Shown here: positions 55,001 through 64,000 of the stretch, piece by piece
How the letters are laid out: each line of letters begins with the position of its first letter
Position numbering within the stretch: the first letter of the stretch is position 1
DNA from: Naegleria gruberi
Taxonomy: Eukaryota
Assembly: GCA_000004985.1 (NCBI GenBank)
Contig: GG738852.1
DNA: 64,000 bases
Reading direction: 5' to 3' (one strand)
The notes under the pieces: generated by a model
Seen by the model: the letters and a program-made list of their open reading frames with translations, nothing else
Told to the model about the DNA's origin: nothing
Databases searched by the model: none
Position numbers and translations under genes: made by a program

Positions 55001-58000
55001 NNNNNNNNNNNNNNNNNNNNNNNNNNNNNNNNNNNNNNNNNNNNNNNNNNNNNNNNNNNNNNNNNNNNNNNNNNNNNNNNNNNNNNNNNNNNNNNNNNNN
55101 NNNNNNNNNNNNNNNNNNNNNNNNNNNNNNNNNNNNNNNNNNNNNNNNNNNNNNNNNNNNNNNNNNNNNNNNNNNNNNNNNNNNNNNNNNNNNNNNNNNN
55201 NNNNNNNNNNNNNNNNNNNNNNNNNNNNNNNNNNNNNNNNNNNNNNNNNNNNNNNNNNNNNNNNNNNNNNNNNNNNNNNNNNNNNNNNNNNNNNNNNNNN
55301 NNNNNNNNNNNNNNNNNNNNNNNNNNNNNNNNNNNNNNNNNNNNNNNNNNNNNNNNNNNNNNNNNNNNNNNNNNNNNNNNNNNNNNNNNNNNNNNNNNNN
55401 NNNNNNNNNNNNNNNNNNNNNNNNNNNNNNNNNNNNNNNNNNNNNNNNNNNNNNNNNNNNNNNNNNNNNNNNNNNNNNNNNNNNNNNNNNNNNNNNNNNN
55501 NNNNNNNNNNNNNNNNNNNNNNNNNNNNNNNNNNNNNNNNNNNNNNNNNNNNNNNNNNNNNNNNNNNNNNNNNNNNNNNNNNNNNNNNNNNNNNNNNNNN
55601 NNNNNNNNNNNNNNNNNNNNNNNNNNNNNNNNNNNNNNNNNNNNNNNNNNNNNNNNNNNNNNNNNNNNNNNNNNNNNNNNNNNNNNNNNNNNNNNNNNNN
55701 NNNNNNNNNNNNNNNNNNNNNNNNNNNNNNNNNNNNNNNNNNNNNNNNNNNNNNNNNNNNNNNNNNNNNNNNNNNNNNNNNNNNNNNNNNNNNNNNNNNN
55801 NNNNNNNNNNNNNNNNNNNNNNNNNNNNNNNNNNNNNNNNNNNNNNNNNNNNNNNNNNNNNNNNNNNNNNNNNNNNNNNNNNNNNNNNNNNNNNNNNNNN
55901 NNNNNNNNNNNNNNNNNNNNNNNNNNNNNNNNNNNNNNNNNNNNNNNNNNNNNNNNNNNNNNNNNNNNNNNNNNNNNNNNNNNNNNNNNNNNNNNNNNNN
56001 NNNNNNNNNNNNNNNNNNNNNNNNNNNNNNNNNNNNNNNNNNNNNNNNNNNNNNNNNNNNNNNNNNNNNNNNNNNNNNNNNNNNNNNNNNNNNNNNNNNN
56101 NNNNNNNNNNNNNNNNNNNNNNNNNNNNNNNNNNNNNNNNNNNNNNNNNNNNNNNNNNNNNNNNNNNNNNNNNNNNNNNNNNNNNNNNNNNNNNNNNNNN
56201 NNNNNNNNNNNNNNNNNNNNNNNNNNNNNNNNNNNNNNNNNNNNNNNNNNNNNNNNNNNNNNNNNNNNNNNNNNNNNNNNNNNNNNNNNNNNNNNNNNNN
56301 NNNNNNNNNNNNNNNNNNNNNNNNNNNNNNNNNNNNNNNNNNNNNNNNNNNNNNNNNNNNNNNNNNNNNNNNNNNNNNNNNNNNNNNNNNNNNNNNNNNN
56401 NNNNNNNNNNNNNNNNNNNNNNNNNNNNNNNNNNNNNNNNNNNNNNNNNNNNNNNNNNNNNNNNNNNNNNNNNNNNNNNNNNNNNNNNNNNNNNNNNNNN
56501 NNNNNNNNNNNNNNNNNNNNNNNNNNNNNNNNNNNNNNNNNNNNNNNNNNNNNNNNNNNNNNNNNNNNNNNNNNNNNNNNNNNNNNNNNNNNNNNNNNNN
56601 NNNNNNNNNNNNNNNNNNNNNNNNNNNNNNNNNNNNNNNNNNNNNNNNNNNNNNNNNNNNNNNNNNNNNNNNNNNNNNNNNNNNNNNNNNNNNNNNNNNN
56701 NNNNNNNNNNNNNNNNNNNNNNNNNNNNNNNNNNNNNNNNNNNNNNNNNNNNNNNNNNNNNNNNNNNNNNNNNNNNNNNNNNNNNNNNNNNNNNNNNNNN
56801 NNNNNNNNNNNNNNNNNNNNNNNNNNNNNNNNNNNNNNNNNNNNNNNNNNNNNNNNNNNNNNNNNNNNNNNNNNNNNNNNNNNNNNNNNNNNNNNNNNNN
56901 NNNNNNNNNNNNNNNNNNNNNNNNNNNNNNNNNNNNNNNNNNNNNNNNNNNNNNNNNNNNNNNNNNNNNNNNNNNNNNNNNNNNNNNNNNNNNNNNNNNN
57001 NNNNNNNNNNNNNNNNNNNNNNNNNNNNNNNNNNNNNNNNNNNNNNNNNNNNNNNNNNNNNNNNNNNNNNNNNNNNNNNNNNNNNNNNNNNNNNNNNNNN
57101 NNNNNNNNNNNNNNNNNNNNNNNNNNNNNNNNNNNNNNNNNNNNNNNNNNNNNNNNNNNNNNNNNNNNNNNNNNNNNNNNNNNNNNNNNNNNNNNNNNNN
57201 NNNNNNNNNNNNNNNNNNNNNNNNNNNNNNNNNNNNNNNNNNNNNNNNNNNNNNNNNNNNNNNNNNNNNNNNNNNNNNNNNNNNNNNNNNNNNNNNNNNN
57301 NNNNNNNNNNNNNNNNNNNNNNNNNNNNNNNNNNNNNNNNNNNNNNNNNNNNNNNNNNNNNNNNNNNNNNNNNNNNNNNNNNNNNNNNNNNNNNNNNNNN
57401 NNNNNNNNNNNNNNNNNNNNNNNNNNNNNNNNNNNNNNNNNNNNNNNNNNNNNNNNNNNNNNNNNNNNNNNNNNNNNNNNNNNNNNNNNNNNNNNNNNNN
57501 NNNNNNNNNNNNNNNNNNNNNNNNNNNNNNNNNNNNNNNNNNNNNNNNNNNNNNNNNNNNNNNNNNNNNNNNNNNNNNNNNNNNNNNNNNNNNNNNNNNN
57601 NNNNNNNNNNNNNNNNNNNNNNNNNNNNNNNNNNNNNNNNNNNNNNNNNNNNNNNNNNNNNNNNNNNNNNNNNNNNNNNNNNNNNNNNNNNNNNNNNNNN
57701 NNNNNNNNNNNNNNNNNNNNNNNNNNNNNNNNNNNNNNNNNNNNNNNNNNNNNNNNNNNNNNNNNNNNNNNNNNNNNNNNNNNNNNNNNNNNNNNNNNNN
57801 NNNNNNNNNNNNNNNNNNNNNNNNNNNNNNNNNNNNNNNNNNNNNNNNNNNNNNNNNNNNNNNNNNNNNNNNNNNNNNNNNNNNNNNNNNNNNNNNNNNN
57901 NNNNNNNNNNNNNNNNNNNNNNNNNNNNNNNNNNNNNNNNNNNNNNNNNNNNNNNNNNNNNNNNNNNNNNNNNNNNNNNNNNNNNNNNNNNNNNNNNNNN

Positions 58001-61000
58001 NNNNNNNNNNNNNNNNNNNNNNNNNNNNNNNNNNNNNNNNNNNNNNNNNNNNNNNNNNNNNNNNNNNNNNNNNNNNNNNNNNNNNNNNNNNNNNNNNNNN
58101 NNNNNNNNNNNNNNNNNNNNNNNNNNNNNNNNNNNNNNNNNNNNNNNNNNNNNNNNNNNNNNNNNNNNNNNNNNNNNNNNNNNNNNNNNNNNNNNNNNNN
58201 NNNNNNNNNNNNNNNNNNNNNNNNNNNNNNNNNNNNNNNNNNNNNNNNNNNNNNNNNNNNNNNNNNNNNNNNNNNNNNNNNNNNNNNNNNNNNNNNNNNN
58301 NNNNNNNNNNNNNNNNNNNNNNNNNNNNNNNNNNNNNNNNNNNNNNNNNNNNNNNNNNNNNNNNNNNNNNNNNNNNNNNNNNNNNNNNNNNNNNNNNNNN
58401 NNNNNNNNNNNNNNNNNNNNNNNNNNNNNNNNNNNNNNNNNNNNNNNNNNNNNNNNNNNNNNNNNNNNNNNNNNNNNNNNNNNNNNNNNNNNNNNNNNNN
58501 NNNNNNNNNNNNNNNNNNNNNNNNNNNNNNNNNNNNNNNNNNNNNNNNNNNNNNNNNNNNNNNNNNNNNNNNNNNNNNNNNNNNNNNNNNNNNNNNNNNN
58601 NNNNNNNNNNNNNNNNNNNNNNNNNNNNNNNNNNNNNNNNNNNNNNNNNNNNNNNNNNNNNNNNNNNNNNNNNNNNNNNNNNNNNNNNNNNNNNNNNNNN
58701 NNNNNNNNNNNNNNNNNNNNNNNNNNNNNNNNNNNNNNNNNNNNNNNNNNNNNNNNNNNNNNNNNNNNNNNNNNNNNNNNNNNNNNNNNNNNNNNNNNNN
58801 NNNNNNNNNNNNNNNNNNNNNNNNNNNNNNNNNNNNNNNNNNNNNNNNNNNNNNNNNNNNNNNNNNNNNNNNNNNNNNNNNNNNNNNNNNNNNNNNNNNN
58901 NNNNNNNNNNNNNNNNNNNNNNNNNNNNNNNNNNNNNNNNNNNNNNNNNNNNNNNNNNNNNNNNNNNNNNNNNNNNNNNNNNNNNNNNNNNNNNNNNNNN
59001 NNNNNNNNNNNNNNNNNNNNNNNNNNNNNNNNNNNNNNNNNNNNNNNNNNNNNNNNNNNNNNNNNNNNNNNNNNNNNNNNNNNNNNNNNNNNNNNNNNNN
59101 NNNNNNNNNNNNNNNNNNNNNNNNNNNNNNNNNNNNNNNNNNNNNNNNNNNNNNNNNNNNNNNNNNNNNNNNNNNNNNNNNNNNNNNNNNNNNNNNNNNN
59201 NNNNNNNNNNNNNNNNNNNNNNNNNNNNNNNNNNNNNNNNNNNNNNNNNNNNNNNNNNNNNNNNNNNNNNNNNNNNNNNNNNNNNNNNNNNNNNNNNNNN
59301 NNNNNNNNNNNNNNNNNNNNNNNNNNNNNNNNNNNNNNNNNNNNNNNNNNNNNNNNNNNNNNNNNNNNNNNNNNNNNNNNNNNNNNNNNNNNNNNNNNNN
59401 NNNNNNNNNNNNNNNNNNNNNNNNNNNNNNNNNNNNNNNNNNNNNNNNNNNNNNNNNNNNNNNNNNNNNNNNNNNNNNNNNNNNNNNNNNNNNNNNNNNN
59501 NNNNNNNNNNNNNNNNNNNNNNNNNNNNNNNNNNNNNNNNNNNNNNNNNNNNNNNNNNNNNNNNNNNNNNNNNNNNNNNNNNNNNNNNNNNNNNNNNNNN
59601 NNNNNNNNNNNNNNNNNNNNNNNNNNNNNNNNNNNNNNNNNNNNNNNNNNNNNNNNNNNNNNNNNNNNNNNNNNNNNNNNNNNNNNNNNNNNNNNNNNNN
59701 NNNNNNNNNNNNNNNNNNNNNNNNNNNNNNNNNNNNNNNNNNNNNNNNNNNNNNNNNNNNNNNNNNNNNNNNNNNNNNNNNNNNNNNNNNNNNNNNNNNN
59801 NNNNNNNNNNNNNNNNNNNNNNNNNNNNNNNNNNNNNNNNNNNNNNNNNNNNNNNNNNNNNNNNNNNNNNNNNNNNNNNNNNNNNNNNNNNNNNNNNNNN
59901 NNNNNNNNNNNNNNNNNNNNNNNNNNNNNNNNNNNNNNNNNNNNNNNNNNNNNNNNNNNNNNNNNNNNNNNNNNNNNNNNNNNNNNNNNNNNNNNNNNNN
60001 NNNNNNNNNNNNNNNNNNNNNNNNNNNNNNNNNNNNNNNNNNNNNNNNNNNNNNNNNNNNNNNNNNNNNNNNNNNNNNNNNNNNNNNNNNNNNNNNNNNN
60101 NNNNNNNNNNNNNNNNNNNNNNNNNNNNNNNNNNNNNNNNNNNNNNNNNNNNNNNNNNNNNNNNNNNNNNNNNNNNNNNNNNNNNNNNNNNNNNNNNNNN
60201 NNNNNNNNNNNNNNNNNNNNNNNNNNNNNNNNNNNNNNNNNNNNNNNNNNNNNNNNNNNNNNNNNNNNNNNNNNNNNNNNNNNNNNNNNNNNNNNNNNNN
60301 NNNNNNNNNNNNNNNNNNNNNNNNNNNNNNNNNNNNNNNNNNNNNNNNNNNNNNNNNNNNNNNNNNNNNNNNNNNNNNNNNNNNNNNNNNNNNNNNNNNN
60401 NNNNNNNNNNNNNNNNNNNNNNNNNNNNNNNNNNNNNNNNNNNNNNNNNNNNNNNNNNNNNNNNNNNNNNNNNNNNNNNNNNNNNNNNNNNNNNNNNNNN
60501 NNNNNNNNNNNNNNNNNNNNNNNNNNNNNNNNNNNNNNNNNNNNNNNNNNNNNNNNNNNNNNNNNNNNNNNNNNNNNNNNNNNNNNNNNNNNNNNNNNNN
60601 NNNNNNNNNNNNNNNNNNNNNNNNNNNNNNNNNNNNNNNNNNNNNNNNNNNNNNNNNNNNNNNNNNNNNNNNNNNNNNNNNNNNNNNNNNNNNNNNNNNN
60701 NNNNNNNNNNNNNNNNNNNNNNNNNNNNNNNNNNNNNNNNNNNNNNNNNNNNNNNNNNNNNNNNNNNNNNNNNNNNNNNNNNNNNNNNNNNNNNNNNNNN
60801 NNNNNNNNNNNNNNNNNNNNNNNNNNNNNNNNNNNNNNNNNNNNNNNNNNNNNNNNNNNNNNNNNNNNNNNNNNNNNNNNNNNNNNNNNNNNNNNNNNNN
60901 NNNNNNNNNNNNNNNNNNNNNNNNNNNNNNNNNNNNNNNNNNNNNNNNNNNNNNNNNNNNNNNNNNNNNNNNNNNNNNNNNNNNNNNNNNNNNNNNNNNN

Positions 61001-64000
61001 NNNNNNNNNNNNNNNNNNNNNNNNNNNNNNNNNNNNNNNNNNNNNNNNNNNNNNNNNNNNNNNNNNNNNNNNNNNNNNNNNNNNNNNNNNNNNNNNNNNN
61101 NNNNNNNNNNNNNNNNNNNNNNNNNNNNNNNNNNNNNNNNNNNNNNNNNNNNNNNNNNNNNNNNNNNNNNNNNNNNNNNNNNNNNNNNNNNNNNNNNNNN
61201 NNNNNNNNNNNNNNNNNNNNNNNNNNNNNNNNNNNNNNNNNNNNNNNNNNNNNNNNNNNNNNNNNNNNNNNNNNNNNNNNNNNNNNNNNNNNNNNNNNNN
61301 NNNNNNNNNNNNNNNNNNNNNNNNNNNNNNNNNNNNNNNNNNNNNNNNNNNNNNNNNNNNNNNNNNNNNNNNNNNNNNNNNNNNNNNNNNNNNNNNNNNN
61401 NNNNNNNNNNNNNNNNNNNNNNNNNNNNNNNNNNNNNNNNNNNNNNNNNNNNNNNNNNNNNNNNNNNNNNNNNNNNNNNNNNNNNNNNNNNNNNNNNNNN
61501 NNNNNNNNNNNNNNNNNNNNNNNNNNNNNNNNNNNNNNNNNNNNNNNNNNNNNNNNNNNNNNNNNNNNNNNNNNNNNNNNNNNNNNNNNNNNNNNNNNNN
61601 NNNNNNNNNNNNNNNNNNNNNNNNNNNNNNNNNNNNNNNNNNNNNNNNNNNNNNNNNNNNNNNNNNNNNNNNNNNNNNNNNNNNNNNNNNNNNNNNNNNN
61701 NNNNNNNNNNNNNNNNNNNNNNNNNNNNNNNNNNNNNNNNNNNNNNNNNNNNNNNNNNNNNNNNNNNNNNNNNNNNNNNNNNNNNNNNNNNNNNNNNNNN
61801 NNNNNNNNNNNNNNNNNNNNNNNNNNNNNNNNNNNNNNNNNNNNNNNNNNNNNNNNNNNNNNNNNNNNNNNNNNNNNNNNNNNNNNNNNNNNNNNNNNNN
61901 NNNNNNNNNNNNNNNNNNNNNNNNNNNNNNNNNNNNNNNNNNNNNNNNNNNNNNNNNNNNNNNNNNNNNNNNNNNNNNNNNNNNNNNNNNNNNNNNNNNN
62001 NNNNNNNNNNNNNNNNNNNNNNNNNNNNNNNNNNNNNNNNNNNNNNNNNNNNNNNNNNNNNNNNNNNNNNNNNNNNNNNNNNNNNNNNNNNNNNNNNNNN
62101 NNNNNNNNNNNNNNNNNNNNNNNNNNNNNNNNNNNNNNNNNNNNNNNNNNNNNNNNNNNNNNNNNNNNNNNNNNNNNNNNNNNNNNNNNNNNNNNNNNNN
62201 NNNNNNNNNNNNNNNNNNNNNNNNNNNNNNNNNNNNNNNNNNNNNNNNNNNNNNNNNNNNNNNNNNNNNNNNNNNNNNNNNNNNNNNNNNNNNNNNNNNN
62301 NNNNNNNNNNNNNNNNNNNNNNNNNNNNNNNNNNNNNNNNNNNNNNNNNNNNNNNNNNNNNNNNNNNNNNNNNNNNNNNNNNNNNNNNNNNNNNNNNNNN
62401 NNNNNNNNNNNNNNNNNNNNNNNNNNNNNNNNNNNNNNNNNNNNNNNNNNNNNNNNNNNNNNNNNNNNNNNNNNNNNNNNNNNNNNNNNNNNNNNNNNNN
62501 NNNNNNNNNNNNNNNNNNNNNNNNNNNNNNNNNNNNNNNNNNNNNNNNNNNNNNNNNNNNNNNNNNNNNNNNNNNNNNNNNNNNNNNNNNNNNNNNNNNN
62601 NNNNNNNNNNNNNNNNNNNNNNNNNNNNNNNNNNNNNNNNNNNNNNNNNNNNNNNNNNNNNNNNNNNNNNNNNNNNNNNNNNNNNNNNNNNNNNNNNNNN
62701 NNNNNNNNNNNNNNNNNNNNNNNNNNNNNNNNNNNNNNNNNNNNNNNNNNNNNNNNNNNNNNNNNNNNNNNNNNNNNNNNNNNNNNNNNNNNNNNNNNNN
62801 NNNNNNNNNNNNNNNNNNNNNNNNNNNNNNNNNNNNNNNNNNNNNNNNNNNNNNNNNNNNNNNNNNNNNNNNNNNNNNNNNNNNNNNNNNNNNNNNNNNN
62901 NNNNNNNNNNNNNNNNNNNNNNNNNNNNNNNNNNNNNNNNNNNNNNNNNNNNNNNNNNNNNNNNNNNNNNNNNNNNNNNNNNNNNNNNNNNNNNNNNNNN
63001 NNNNNNNNNNNNNNNNNNNNNNNNNNNNNNNNNNNNNNNNNNNNNNNNNNNNNNNNNNNNNNNNNNNNNNNNNNNNNNNNNNNNNNNNNNNNNNNNNNNN
63101 NNNNNNNNNNNNNNNNNNNNNNNNNNNNNNNNNNNNNNNNNNNNNNNNNNNNNNNNNNNNNNNNNNNNNNNNNNNNNNNNNNNNNNNNNNNNNNNNNNNN
63201 NNNNNNNNNNNNNNNNNNNNNNNNNNNNNNNNNNNNNNNNNNNNNNNNNNNNNNNNNNNNNNNNNNNNNNNNNNNNNNNNNNNNNNNNNNNNNNNNNNNN
63301 NNNNNNNNNNNNNNNNNNNNNNNNNNNNNNNNNNNNNNNNNNNNNNNNNNNNNNNNNNNNNNNNNNNNNNNNNNNNNNNNNNNNNNNNNNNNNNNNNNNN
63401 NNNNNNNNNNNNNNNNNNNNNNNNNNNNNNNNNNNNNNNNNNNNNNNNNNNNNNNNNNNNNNNNNNNNNNNNNNNNNNNNNNNNNNNNNNNNNNNNNNNN
63501 NNNNNNNNNNNNNNNNNNNNNNNNNNNNNNNNNNNNNNNNNNNNNNNNNNNNNNNNNNNNNNNNNNNNNNNNNNNNNNNNNNNNNNNNNNNNNNNNNNNN
63601 NNNNNNNNNNNNNNNNNNNNNNNNNNNNNNNNNNNNNNNNNNNNNNNNNNNNNNNNNNNNNNNNNNNNNNNNNNNNNNNNNNNNNNNNNNNNNNNNNNNN
63701 NNNNNNNNNNNNNNNNNNNNNNNNNNNNNNNNNNNNNNNNNNNNNNNNNNNNNNNNNNNNNNNNNNNNNNNNNNNNNNNNNNNNNNNNNNNNNNNNNNNN
63801 NNNNNNNNNNNNNNNNNNNNNNNNNNNNNNNNNNNNNNNNNNNNNNNNNNNNNNNNNNNNNNNNNNNNNNNNNNNNNNNNNNNNNNNNNNNNNNNNNNNN
63901 NNNNNNNNNNNNNNNNNNNNNNNNNNNNNNNNNNNNNNNNNNNNNNNNNNNNNNNNNNNNNNNNNNNNNNNNNNNNNNNNNNNNNNNNNNNNNNNNNNNN
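40001..64000. other. Assembly gap / padding (24 kb of N)
   Basis: Run of n read directly. Confidence 1.

Noticed and set aside
40001-64000. Remaining 24 kb
   Set aside because: Entirely N. No sequence to analyse.

Overview
The window is a gapped eukaryotic nuclear scaffold: real sequence covers 1-38913 and 38964-40000, and the remainder (38914-38963, 40001-64000) is N. It is AT-rich (by eye about 33-37% GC) and gene-dense, with roughly 30 protein-coding genes in about 40 kb on both strands. Intergenic spacers are often under 300 bp and two convergent genes have stop codons only 4 bp apart. Genes are interrupted by very short GT-AG spliceosomal introns (39-56 nt, mostly GTAAGT donors) and by a second class of longer, extremely AT-rich introns (117-155 nt). 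Gene content is typically eukaryotic: a secreted NHL-repeat/EGF-repeat protein, a serpin, DPH3, a PRDX5-type peroxiredoxin, a TerD+C2 giant protein, a Kelch protein, two tandem 7TM paralogs, a TBC RabGAP, a myosin with a long ER/K helix, an SDE2 homolog, a DEAD-box helicase, a class-IV aminotransferase-like enzyme, TVP23 and a PDH E2/E3BP lipoyl protein. There is also an intron-containing tRNA-Leu. The composition and the short introns point to a compact protist genome, possibly amoebozoan or heterolobosean; I cannot assign the species from sequence alone. There are no prokaryotic features such as CRISPR arrays or operons, and I do not see a multi-gene 'system'. The most unusual items are an antisense EGF-module coding overlap with inverted paralogy at the left edge, a TerD-TerD-C2 domain architecture, and a single-alpha-helix (ER/K) myosin encoded by a 1.3-kb polypurine tract. 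Coordinates of splice junctions were derived by hand translation and should be treated as models.
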